DNA of 64,000 nt from Lytechinus pictus (Eukaryota): assembly GCF_037042905.1 (NCBI RefSeq), contig NC_087245.1, forward strand, positions 11,782,001 through 11,846,000. Reading direction: 5' to 3'. The stretch's first letter is position 1. The number at the start of each line of letters is the position of its first letter. A program made the translations under genes and the position numbers. Below the pieces are notes generated by a model. It saw nothing but the letters and a program-made list of their open reading frames with translations. It did no database searches and was not told the DNA's origin. Of the stretch, positions 13,321 to 25,794 are shown one piece after another.

Positions 13321-14210
13321 TTTAAAATCATACTAATCCTCAAGGTTCCACTTCCGTCTGTCTCTGGAAACATTTATGTTTCTGTCTTACGATCTCCAAA
13401 TCTTTTATTACTTTGAAAATATCTCCTTCAAGATATTACTTTCAAATGTAGATACCTCTGTTACACGGACATCATGTCCTTGTAATGGTCATATTGAATA
13501 GCATTACTTGAATATTTTGACATATTTTTCTAGTATCAACACACTAAATGCAAGTTAACTCATCTTACTCAAGTGTAGAAATACAACATCTACAAGCAAG
13601 CTTCTGTAATTCATATCAATGAACAGGTAAAATGTTTTTTTATTCATACACAATTATAAAATTTTTTGATACCTTTGATACAATATTCAGGTGAAAAATA
13701 TGTAGGGAAAAGGTACTAGTTTAGTTCTTCTAAGCTATGGTTTTTCAAGACAAAACAAGACAAAGTTCGCATGGAAGACATGGACAACGCATTTATACCT
13801 TACACATATAAACTTGTTATTAATTTGTTAACTCTAATTTGTTTTACCTCAGTTACATGGACATCATGTCCTCAAAATGGTAGTGTAGAAGTGACATTAA
13901 GTAAAATATAATCATGTCATCACTGGAACTTACATACATTAGATAAAACATTAAGTTCCAACATGCGAAAAGGACAATTGTAAAGTACTTAGTGGACAAA
14001 TTTAATTTAAAAAACTCACCACCGTTATATCTTCTGTTTTTTTAACAGAGTTGTAAGCGAGAAAGTAAAATGTACTAAGCTATTCTAATGTTCAAAAATA
14101 AAACTGCAAGAACTCTTTGGTAAACTTCTTACTGGCAAATGCAAAAAAATGTATTACACTGTACACTAAACCTGACTATTAAAATTAACTTGCAATATTT
14201 CTCTCTGCAT

Positions 14211-15200
14211 TCAGGTTACAATTTTATGAACTACAAGAAGACTGGTGACCCAATAAGAAATTTCAGTTTGGAAGAGGATTCTTAGGGACAGTGATTTTCC
14301 GCGATCGCGGAAAACGGACGGAATTCACGGAAAGGGCCTTTTGAAACGGAAAGTGGCATTTCAAACGGAAAATCACGGAAAACGTATTTTCCCTCAAAAT
14401 ACACAGAATAGCAACAGAAATTACTCCAAAATCACAGCAAAATGAGAATATTAAATGGCCAAAAAACCCCAGAAAACACGATCTCACTTCGCTACTATCA
14501 TGACAATTCACACATCGTGACTGCACTCGACATCAGCACACTCGTTTGTACCCCGCGCGCACCGTACCCGGCCGGCCGGGAACGTTGGGCTTCACATATG
14601 CACACATATCGTTCAACTACATGTACACGGTCGTGTGTTGCTGCCCTCTACGTTTGAAGATGTAACAGCACGATATCGTGGTCTTAAAATCCAAGATTGG
14701 GGAAAAGCCGTTGACTGATGATAACGATGTCCAAAAACCCCCAAAATTATCGATGAAATATCATTTCACCGTGAAATAATGCTAATAATATGAAAGGTGA
14801 GGATGTATGCATGCAAAATGGGTGTGTAAAAATATTTTATGCACCCGCATAGATCGGATTAGAACGGATTTTATTGTGTTGTTGGTACAGTAGCAGATAC
14901 AAATTTTGACCAGTGCGAGTGCGTGTTGTGATTTTACAAACGGAATTGTCACTTTTCCGTGTGTACAAAGTCTATGGGGAAACGGAATTTCCGTTTTCTG
15001 ACATGCTGAAACGGAATTTGAGATTTTCTGAAACGGAAAAGGCAATTTTTTGAAACGGAAAATCACTGTCCCTAGATTCTGTCAATGTCACAAAGTTGAT
15101 GGAGGTAGAATTGTGCCTCGCCATCAGGTCAGGAGTACAGGTCACCAGATTGACACTTCATGTACTGAAGATATACATTTTCACCTTGAACAGAGGCTAC
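14211..15200 (-). pseudogene. Decayed exon resembling a DNA-transposase C-terminal segment, split by the 14283-15074 MITE
   Basis: Acceptor CTACAG|GTA at 15200. After removing the MITE it reads VASVQGENVYLQYMKCQSGDLYS*PDGEAQFYLHQLCDIDRIL. This fits the V..V....V...M......Y.WP..D/E pattern at the end of many invertebrate transposase ORFs, with TGA at the expected Trp. Pattern recognition only. Confidence 0.35.
14283..15074. mobile_element. TAGGG-terminated hAT-like MITE with 6-bp TSD; terminal fragment of the same family at 28542-28618
   Basis: Perfect TIR TAGGGACAGTGATTTTCCG / CGGAAAATCACTGTCCCTA. GATTCT at 14277-14282 and 15075-15080. Many AAACGGAA subterminal repeats. Confidence 0.88.
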
Positions 15201-18014
15201 CTGTAGTTGAGAAAAAATAGTATTTGGAAGTTTGACTATATTTTTTAAGCAATAAGCAAATATTTTTTATATTATATCAAATCATTTACTTATTTATGTC
15301 TTGACATTTTCTCATTAAAGGGGGTGGATTACTAGGGACAATGAATCTGATCTGTTCTTGCAAAATACACAGGAACCTTCACTTTGTATTTTTTCATAGC
15401 AAATAGAATTCATCATTTCATAGTTCATAAATTAAATATAGTTACGTTTTATAGAAGGTTTTTGTATTTGTGTTGTTGTGTTCTACTTTGTTTTCACAAT
15501 ACAAATACTTGCCCATTACCTTTTCATAAATTATCTGTACTTCAATTTCATTTCTCAATGGATTAATTTAATCTAATTTTAATCTGCATTCTAATCAAGT
15601 GTGGTTATCTAGACAATTCCATTTAGTTTTTTATGACCATCCTATTCAATTTTCATCGCTGAAGTTTAATTGTTCAAGCAATTACATAATATATGTATGT
15701 TTTATTGGAATTAAATTAATTAATGGAATTCAAATCTGCAATTTACCTTTTGATACAGCAAATAAACTCTTGTGAAACAAACTTGATTGTGTCACATTTT
15801 CTTTTGTTCACTTTTACATGTTTTAAAAATCTCATTATATTGCAATAAAAAAAATAACATTGAAAACAATCACACAGGCTTTTGCTTTCTGATAAAACTA
15901 ACCCCCCCCCCCCTCCTCTCCTTACAATTGAATATATAGAAATCAAAATACAAAATATTGAAAAAATATTGAGAGAAAAAAAGAATGTGCTGAAAAGTAT
16001 AACATTCAACAAGATGAAAAGTTTTGGGAAGGTTAGGCCTACAGCCAAGAATTACTAGTAATTGGATTATGGCCATGCTTCATCATACACAAAGCACATG
16101 TACTATGTGTAGGGGGTAGTAACAGAAAAATTATTTTGCCCCCCCCCCCTTCTTTCGGATTGGGATCAGCTGACAAGCAAAAAAAAAAAAATGGGGGGGG
16201 GGGCCTGCCTCCCCCGTGGCGCTGCCACTGGTTCTAAACTCTCATTTTTGGGGGGAAATTCAAATTTGATCATCAGGTCTTTGATACCCATATTACGTAG
16301 AATCAGTAGGAGCCAATTTAAACAAGGCGAGATTTTGTACCAAATCTGAGATGTCAGCATGATCATCGGTGATAGAGCAGTTTTCAGTATCCATTGGCCT
16401 ATTGAAATAACATATTTCGGTGTTTAAAAAAATCAACTAAATTGCGATTGAATCATGTCAGCTAACATTCAAAACATGTTTGCACGGAATCACAGTAATA
16501 AAAACATTATTTCTTTGTGGCCGTTTAGCAAATCTGGACCAAACACGGCGATGTCTCAATCACATATTTCACTTACACGAAAAGATACATGTGGGACTGT
16601 AGTAAAAGATTATGGAAAATTAGCGAGATTTTTCAAACTTAAAAACACTTTCTGCATGATAATATAGTTTCACATTTTTAAGATAAGGTTTAACTGATTT
16701 AAAAATACGAGTATCGGGATAAATCTCCATACTTACGTCGCTTTGAAAGGGAAAACATCGTGGAGATCCAATCCACCGTTACACGGACATTGCGGGAAGA
16801 TTCCCAATTGCAATGCTGCAAAACACCCGATATCATAGCCGTTCATGTGCACGTGGATTTCGGCTAACATCCCGTCCGTCTGATACAACGACGGTCTCTT
16901 CTCCGGTCTCTCCTTTTTACATACGCGATGAAATGTGATCCACCGTTACAAATTTGGCCCGGACAGGCCGGACATCGCCCAAAACATCGGCGACCCTCAA
17001 TTAATTTACATGACAATAACATTGGTTTTCAAAGCTAATCTTTTTATGAAAAGTTGCTTACTGCCTGCCCTTTATTTCTGACACATAACTTTGGAAAGAA
17101 TGATTTCTGACTTATTTACCACTTTACCGCCGTTACAGAAAAAAAATAATAAACGCAGACATCGCATGTAACGGTGGTATGCGATGTTGTAGGAATTAAT
17201 AATGATATGAAGCCTCTTTTCATTTGCTATCCCATTACTGTTTTGTTATTAAACAAATGTTGCTTTATCAATCATGGCCATTTGAATTTGACTAAGTTTA
17301 TCTTTTAATTAGATATCTTCAACTGAAAATTACCATTTTGGATGTCACACTTGGCACCCCAAAAAAGAGTCTGGACATCATCATTTAAAGTCTCACCATC
17401 AAAAATATATAATCTGATTAGTAATACTTCCCTTTTACAATGACCACAAAAAGTCATTATAAAATACTTTTGATTCTTCGGGTGTGTACTTTAACATCAT
17501 CATAAATCAGAGTCAAGAAAGAGCTGAATATTCTTCATTTTTTCAGTAGTTTCCAACTAAATCAAAACAATTTCAAGGTAATATGGAAAATAGATGGCCA
17601 TTTCATGGATTTTTGCAAAATGTGAAATTTTAGCCACTTTCGGTGGTTTTTGCATCAGCAAATTGCTCAAGTAACGCATGCGCAGTCATTGCACACATAG
17701 AACGTAAGATGCGATGGCACGGCTTTTCGAACGAGGTACCTGGCGATAAATTATTGGTATTTGGCGCTGATTTTACATCAGTTTCCACTGTTTTTTTTTT
17801 TACTGGTTTGACATAATCTGAGAGATAGTTGTGATTATCCAAAAGATATTGAAATTTAGAGGGTCTACTGATATTTTATTTCAAAAACAACCACTTGCCC
17901 GATCGGGCAATTGACTTAGAGAAATGCTTGCCCGCACGTCATTTTCACTTTCCCCGGGCAAGCGGGTTTGTCGCGTCCTGCCAAGTCTATAGAATCATTC
18001 AAAGCCAACCTTAA

Positions 18015-18438
18015 AGGGGTAGATTGGGCTGGAAACATTTATATCTATATACTATTCACACAGTAAAACACTGAAAATTTCATCAAAATCTGAACAAATA
18101 GTGAATTATTAAATTTGAAAGTTTGCCAATAAGCCTATATTGTGGGTGCATCGTGGTCTAGTGGTTCTGACTCTCGCCTTTGAAACAGCTGCACTCGACC
18201 CAGGTGAGGTGAATGGGTTCCCGGCAGGAGTAATTCCTCGCATGCACTGAGTGCCGGGGATGGTAGCTCGAGCTAAAGCCAGGGTAATAATAGCAGCGCT
18301 TTGTATCCTCTGGCAAAAAACGCTTTATAAATCCAGCTTTTATTGTTATTATTATTGTGAAAACAGATATATATGCTTGTCATTATGAATATTCATTGTG
18401 TTGGACGAGTGATGATGTCACATCTCCACTTTCCATTT
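18015..18438. mobile_element. Left arm of Kolobok-type palindromic MITE family 1, interrupted by a SINE and by HINE copy E; remnant resumes ~27996-28055
   Basis: TTAA|AGGGGTAGATTGGGCTGG. Shares CTGAAAATTTCATCAAAATC, GATGTCACATCTCCACTTTCC and GAATAAACCTAATTTC with the 55733-56324 copy. Confidence 0.65.
18145..18352 (+). mobile_element. tRNA-derived SINE, internally deleted
   Basis: tRNA-like head with A-box GTGGTCTAGTGG, core CACTCGACCCAGGTGAGGTGAATGGGT, (TTA)n tail. TSD TATTGTG at 18138-18144 and 18353-18359. Confidence 0.8.
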
Positions 18439-20213
18439 TTGTCTCCACTGAATAGCAGAGTGAGTCTATAGGCGCTGCTTTTCCAACGACGGCGTCGTCA
18501 ACATTGAAATCTTAACCAAGGTTAAGTTTTTGAAAAGTCATGTGGACTTAGTTCATGAAACTTGGACAAAAGGGTAATCGAGTATTACTGAACATTCTGC
18601 GAGATGTTCAGGTCACATGACCAAGGTCAAAGGTCATTTAGGGTCAATGAACTTAGACCATGTTGGGGGAATCAATATCGAAATCTTAACCAAGGTACAC
18701 GTAAGGGTAATAGTGTATCACTAAAGATCCTGCCTGCGTTTCAGGTCACATTACCAAGGTCAAAGGTCACTTTGGGTCAATGAACGTTGGCCATGTTGGG
18801 GGTATTTGTTGAATTGCCATCGTAATTTTGAAAGTTTATGGATGTAGTTCATAATACTTGGACATACAGTATTGCTCGGAATAAAGTTGACGCTTTACCG
18901 CGCAGTACCGCGTAAGTCGATGTGAAATCGGGTCGCGCGCGATTACCACCAGCAAATTTCCATCGGCGGGAGTCGCGCTCTGAGAGAAATTACCACGGTA
19001 ATGTACCACGAGATTTTTAATTGAAAATCTCGTGTATTACCGCGATAATACCGCAGAAGGAGGGACGATCTTCTGTCGAAGAGATATTGATTTGATAATT
19101 AATAAAATGTCACCATTTGGACAACTCACATGGCTCGAATTAGCCCTCCTGACTTGCCGCGATGTCTCTCTCGAAATTACGATGTACAGCAACAACTTAT
19201 TGCCGTAAGATGCGGTCTCCTCGAAACCCAAACAAAAAAAGATCATAGAGCTGTTGAGCTTGGCGCGAGTGCACAATTTTAATGCACGCTCGTGTCATCG
19301 CCCTCAAATTTACATCTTTCTGAACTTCGTTGAATGAAAGTCGGGTCGAGATGAGATCACGTACTTTCTGGGATAAGTAAGAAAATGGAGCATCCAAGAT
19401 AAGAATGGACAGAGTCGAGCAAGAGAAGGAGAGAGCGAAAGATACGAAAGACAGATGGAGGGGGAAATGATCAAGAGAGAGAGAGCAAAAGAAAATGGAG
19501 AGAAAGGGGGGCGGGGTGGCTAGATTAAGCAAGAGACGCCGAGGCTGGAAAAAACAGACCTATTGTTTATTTCCTTACATTCCTTTATCGTCATTCTCTT
19601 ACTTTGTTTGCAACCAGAATGATTTAATTTCATCATATTTTCAGTGCATTATTGCCAAACATTCTTCCGCCATTATGATATAAGGAATGATAAACTCCTT
19701 TTTTTCTCCCACCACTCGATCCAGTCACACAAACACAGGACGTACAGGGCTTTATTTGATTGCAACACGAATGTCCTTGACTCATGCTTAATTACAATCA
19801 GTGTTCTTTTCCCTTGTTTCCTCATATTTTATTTTTTATCGTTTTTTATGTTGATATATTTCCATTTGACCCATGTCTCACTCTTGAATTTCTACTCTAT
19901 CGCTATCTCAGCTCACTAATTCTCCCTCGATCCCTACCCTTTTTTTCTACTCCACTCTTCTCAATCCTTTTGAATCCCTTTTTTTGTGTGTATGTTTTTT
20001 TTTTTTGTTATGCGACGCTCAATCTGGTGTTTATGAATTAACAAAGAAAAAAAAAATTTAAGTGTCAATTTATTGTCACCCGATTGTCATAACCATATAT
20101 ATATCTTTATCAATATTTATTAATCTTCATTGTTCGAATGGTAGTTTTCATAATTGTTTTTATATTCTCTCCTTTCACTGAATCACGTCACCTCTGCTGT
20201 CATCTCTTGCTCG

Positions 20214-20570
20214 CAGTGGCGTACCTAGGATTTTCCAAAGGGGGGGGGGGGGGGGGGCAAATTCGTCAAAAAAAATTGACAAGCAAAAAAGAAAGGTCTT
20301 CGACCAGAAATAAAAGATATTATACCAGGAAAAATTTTGACAAGAAAAAGAAAAATAAAGGGCTTCAACCACAAATTACGGATTTCATATGATCATATCA
20401 GAAAAAAATTTGACCAAAAAAAAGGTCAAGTTCAAGGAGCGGGCCATCTGTATCTCGCTCGCTCGTTAGGGGGGGGGGGGCAGGGATACGTCTCTTGCAT
20501 GGGTGGTGACTCATCAGGGGGGGGGCAGTCTGTACCCTCTGCCCCCCCCCCCCCCGTAGGTACGCTAATG
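20214..20570. mobile_element. G/C-run MITE, 8-bp TSD
   Basis: CAGTGGCGTACCTA ... TAGGTACGCTAATG. CTTGCTCG at 20206-20213 and 20571-20578. Confidence 0.85.
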
Positions 20571-20815
20571 CTTGCTCGACTCATTTTTTCCCCTTATCAT
20601 TCCTTAGAAACATGCATTTGATTTGATATATAGATGTATATTTGTCAATATAAGTAAAGATTTGGTCTTAACTAAGACCCAACGGTGGATTAGCCTGAAG
20701 GCACAAAGATGAACCACTGAAGTCAGACAATGGATCACATTGGCCTGATTAACATCAGGTCAATTAACTGTAAGTATTATATCTTCGGTTATGTTTGCTT
20801 ACAAATTCGCCCATG

Positions 20816-20937
20816 TGCACGTACTAACGTCAGGTCTACATCTTTTTAAAATACAGACAGCAAATTAACATTTACATTGTAATTGTTAATTTGCTGTCTG
20901 TGTTTTAAAAAATGTAGACCTAACGTTAGTATGTGCA
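20816..20937. repeat. ~122-bp near-perfect palindrome
   Basis: ~60-bp arms (TGCACGTACTAACGTCAGGTCTACAT...CAAATTAACATTTACA and its inverse) with a 1-nt loop at ~20877. Confidence 0.85.
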
Positions 20938-22102
20938 TGTTGTAGACTTACTCTTCTTCAGTCCAATGATGCAGGTTTCGTATTTCTTTATGATAGCTCC
21001 AGAATAGAGGTAAATCGGAGCTCTGCACTGTCATAATCATGAGCATGGGTTAGACTAGATCTACAATCCTACTCCTAGTCGATATTCTCAAATAGATCTT
21101 TAGTGGTACTAGATCTTTACTAACTTGGTAATAATATGGCGACTGGGCATAAAAAGGATCTGACTGGACATTCACATTATGACAATCGAGTAGAATCAAC
21201 ATTATTAAAATTGCTTGTGCCTTGTGAAGGCTTGTAATTGTAATGACTAATGTGCTTAACATATCCCTCACTCGTCGATATCTGCATTGCCACAAAGACA
21301 AAGTAAGCATATATGGGTATACGATCAACGCTAGGCCTGGGCTAAACTTAAGTCTTGAAGAATTGTACTACTAAGTAGTAAGTACTAGCTAGCTAGCTAC
21401 CATCACACCAGGGAAGTGTTATAACACTTCCCTGGTATACGGTAGCTAAGCTAGGTAGTCATCGTACGGTACACTACGGTACCGTACCAGTAGGCGGTAC
21501 ATGTGAGCAGAGGCAGAGAGGACAGTGACAGTGCATATACTTCCGATTTTGTCTCTAAAATGGACGTCCATCATTAAAAAACTACAATACCTGTATCATT
21601 TTACCGAAGAGAATGAGTTTAGATTCAGTAACAATCACCGGGATAGCACAAAAAGCACGAAATACTTTCTATTTGGTGATTTTGTTGTAACTTAGTTCAA
21701 GCAATCTGATTTTCTTTCGAGCTCGTGCATTTCTGGTACGGTATCTGCAAAAGCATAAACGAGTACTCGCACGAGATGGATTTTTTCTTTTAATTATAGT
21801 ATGATTTAGGAGTAAAATAAAATGAATAGATTATGCCTAATATCAACGAGAAATACAAAAAACAAGTTCTAAGAGGCATAGCGAGAACTTTATAAAGAAT
21901 GGGAACAAGTACTAAGGAAAATTTTTCTGAAATTGAAAATCCCATTTGAAATCGAAACAAGCAAAATTTTGAAATTAAAAAAAAATGTGAATTTGAGCCG
22001 TAGAGGATGGGGGGGGGGGGGCATAAGCACCCTCCCCTTTCAATCGAGAGTCATTAAAATATTTGTTGTGGTAAATATCGGACATACATAAGTGAACTGA
22101 CC

Positions 22103-22337
22103 CATGGCCGTATGCAGACATTTTTCGCGGGTAGGGGGGGGGGTGGGCAAGATGCATAAAATAAAAAAAAATTGAAAGGAAGTGAGAAAAGTGACCGAGC
22201 TTGTCATTGCGTCTTTCCATTCTGTAAAGGGCAATTGAAGCATTTCGTGCATGCCTTTAATTAATTTTGAAAAAAAAAAAAAAATTAAGTTTTCAATATC
22301 CCCCCCCCCCCCCCCCCCCCCGCTGCATACGGCCATG
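22103..22337. mobile_element. G/C-run MITE, 8-bp TSD
   Basis: Perfect TIR CATGGCCGTATGCAG / CTGCATACGGCCATG. Flanks AACTGACC / AACTGACT. Confidence 0.82.
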
Positions 22338-23745
22338 AACTGACTTTTTTTCGTTTAGGTTTCTTTTTGCTTTTATGTTCAGATTTTTCGTGGAATATAT
22401 TACCTTTATTTGGGAGTGAAACTCATTTTTTATCAACTTGTAAGATTTTACTGAATAAGCATACAACCCCCGGGCCCCGTTGAAAAAGCTGGATCCACCC
22501 CTAAACTTCAGTAGTGATATGATGTGATTAAAATTATTGAGGGAGCGAATGAGGGAAAACCAAGCAATAAAACAATAATGGAAACAATATGTCCGGAAGT
22601 GGCAGTTTACTTAAATCAAAAAAAGAAATATATCCAATTAAATGACATTAAATTGCGCAGTACGTTTTTCATGAATGTGTATGAAAAATGATTAAAGTAA
22701 AACAATCAGCTAGAAATGTGGAAAGACAAACTTACCTTATTCATTTAATGCACAACATAGTTATAGTTTGAACATCGGGTATAGTCGAGGACGGCCTGGC
22801 ATCAGCATGGGTGAGGGGGTGGGTTACATGTATTTCTTTTCTTATCAGTCGTTCAAATTTATCCATCATTTGCTTTCATTTAGTCAGTATCAACCTCTCT
22901 TGTTCTACACGTACACATACGCCTGCTATATATATATATCTTAATTTCTCTTAATCTCTATTAAGTCAATCCCTTTATTTTATTATTCAATATCAATAGT
23001 TCCGGTCCTCTTTTCTTCTATGATCTATCGCTCTTAATTTTTTGTTGAATATCTTCTACGTCTATCCCTTTATTTTATTCACTATCAATTGTTATTGTCT
23101 TATCTTTTATTCTTCTACCGTTCTTGTTCAATCTCTTAATTATTTTATTTCTTCAGATCATTCTTTCCTTTCTTCTCTCGCATTTCTCTTTAACTTCAAT
23201 CGTTCCATCAGTCATACATGTATAATATGACGGTACAAGACTCTTACATTGTTTTATTTCTTCAGTATCAATCTTCCCTATCTAATGTGTACATTATTTT
23301 ATACAGATATTAGATAAGATCAGGAATGTCTACTCGTATATTAATTACTCTTGAAACGTGGTTGAATTGAACAACCCTAGCTATATGTGGACTTGACTGG
23401 GGTCAATTAATTACACCGTCTGGCGCATTTTGTGGACAATGAATAGAGGTGTGAAGATTATAGAACAGCTAACAATGAGAAGACTGTAAGTTACACAATG
23501 ATCTTTTGTGTAACTGTTTGAATAGAACATGTATTAAGCCGGCCCACTGATCAGTGATTAAGCCAGTCTATGATCAATGCCCACCCCCAAATTGTCCAAT
23601 ATAGTCGGCATTTGGGGGCCCGGAGTGGTGATGAGAGTGACGATGATGGCCATGAGAAAAATGATAAGGAGGAAGATGTTGATATTGAAAATCAATTATA
23701 TTTTTTTGTATAAAATCACCTGTTCTTGATAAAAAGAGAAACAAT

Positions 23746-24223
23746 AGGTGGTTTCAAACCGCCTCGATCACAAGAATCCCCGTTAAATTACGAGAACTTT
23801 TTTAGGCTGAAAAATACCCATTAATTATTCCTGCATTCACACCGCCCTGAAACATACCCTTCGGGATAAGTTCCTGAAGTTACGAGCATGCGCAGTATGG
23901 TCTGATAAGCAGCAAGGCGCGAAATTCAAAATCACTAACCCAGCAGCAACCCATGCACGGCGCCGCACCCAACGACACGCTGGGCTAAAAGTTCCCGTAA
24001 TTTGCTTTCAGACCGCCAAAATACCCACGACCTTGGAAAAATCCCCGCGAAAGTTCTCGTAATTTCGCCAAGTACCTACTATTTATCGGGTATTTTCTTT
24101 CGGGGATATTACGCGTAGTTTGCTTTCAGACCGCCAAAATACCTGGTATTTTCTGATCGGGGTAAATTTCCCGATCAGAGAATACCTGGAACTGGCGAAC
24201 TTCGAGGCGGTCTGAAACCACCT
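23746..24223. mobile_element. Harbinger-like MITE
   Basis: TIR AGGTGGTTTCAAACCGCCTCGA / TCGAGGCGGTCTGAAACCACCT. Internal TTTGCTTTCAGACCGCCAAAATACC repeats. TSD ambiguous. Confidence 0.75.
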
Positions 24224-24993
24224 AGTTACAATAAGTCCAGGTTGTCTGTTCTATATAGACGAACAGTACACAGGGCAACATAAAATGAATATAAATAAAC
24301 AAATTATAGCAAGAGATAATATGCACATGGATTAAAACGAGTCAATTCGTAAAAATATATAATTGCAACATTTTATTAATATTACTAAAATACATTAGGG
24401 AAATACGTTTTAAATGCTAAACGTTAGGAAAATGTATTATAGCATTGAGAAAACCATACATTTTATATGATTTTAACATTTCCCTTAAACATTTTCATGT
24501 TTTACCAAACATTTTTTTGATATTTTGTCAATGTTTTTTGTGTTCGCTCGGGTTACACGGAAAATGGAGTATATTGGTCAAGCAAAAAAAGTGGAAGGTG
24601 GTGACTTGACCTTTTGACGCTTGTATCATATACACACCAAATAATATAAGCCTCGGGTTAAGTTAAACTGGAGTTATCATGTTTATAAGGAAATGTTAAC
24701 GAATGGAGGGACAGACGGATACCGAGCGTGATACAAAGTTACGTCTCGTAAAAAGACGATATATTACTTGTAGGGGGAGGCTGTTGCTGGAATGATGGAC
24801 GGAGAGAAAGGGAACAGAATAACACAATATGCAAAAAAAAATATTTAAGGAAGATACAAGGGGGGGGACTGAATAAGATTTTTCAGAAAGTGCTGATGCT
24901 AGGCATTTAAAGCAGGGCCACTTGCGGGTATTCTTTTTCCGGGAAGGGGGGGGGGGTTCAAGATAGCCGATCGAAGAGAAAAGTGGGCGGAGT

Positions 24994-25545
24994 TACCCTT
25001 TTTACACAGGATTTTCTTAGCCCCGGACTATCGCTAACCCCGTACTATCCTTAACCCCGTACTATTTTTTTTCCTTTTTACACATGCCAAATTGTGATTG
25101 CTAACCCCGGATAAGGAATGCTTGCTTTTCACACACGAAACTCGCTAACCCCGGACTAGTGGTTTTGTCGATCATTCGTAGTACAAGTACTTCACTCGTA
25201 CCTTTTTACACACGCTACAATTTCCTTAACCCCGTACTATAGGTGGGGCCAAATTGCCATTTAGCCCCACCTATAGTACGGGGTTAAGCTTAGCCCACTT
25301 TCGTTTTACACTAGCGATCTTAACCCCGTACTATCGCTCTTAGCACCGCAATTGCTGGGATAACCCTGCTTTTTTGCAGGGCCAAATAATCCCGTACTAA
25401 AGGTGGGGTTAGCCCACTTTGCAAAAATGCTGTGTAAAAAGAAAGTGGGCTAAGCTTAACCCCGTACTATAGGTGGGGCTAAATGGCAATTTAGCCCCAC
25501 CTATAGTACGGGGTTAAGGAAATTTTAGCGTGTGTAAAAAGGGTA
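24994..25545. mobile_element. Harbinger-like MITE rich in AACCCCGTACTA(TAGGTGGGGC) repeats in both orientations
   Basis: TIR TACCCTTTTTACACA / TGTGTAAAAAGGGTA. Confidence 0.75.
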
Positions 25546-25794
25546 TTAAGAGGAAGAAGACGACGGCTAAGAGAAAGAAATAAAGGATAAAGAAGATAAG
25601 GATAAGAGAGAAGCAACAGATGATATGGTGGATGAACGAATGAACATGGTAAAGATAAAGGTAAAGAAAGAAGAACAGGAACAAAAAGAAGTGAAAGACA
25701 TAAGAAGAATTGAATGAGGAGAATAAATATATACAAATGATGATGATGATATTGTTAATTAATATCTTTGGGTATAAAATCAACTGTTATTGAT

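Noticed and set aside
14216..14285. Alternative + strand profilin exon (TTCAG|GT TAC AAT..., in phase with the 3452 donor)
   Set aside because: No profilin similarity, and it stops at the MITE TAG; the opposite strand gives the better explanation.
5448..17980. Single 12.5-kb hAT-like element (CAGGGTGCTACA ... TGTCGCGTCCTG, with CTTGCCC repeats at both ends)
   Set aside because: TIR only 9/12 and the flanks (ATCTTGTA vs CCAAGTCT) show no TSD; possible but unsupported.
18145..18215. tRNA gene
   Set aside because: Only the 5' half and A-box are present; B-box/T-arm missing; followed by SINE core, tail and TSD.
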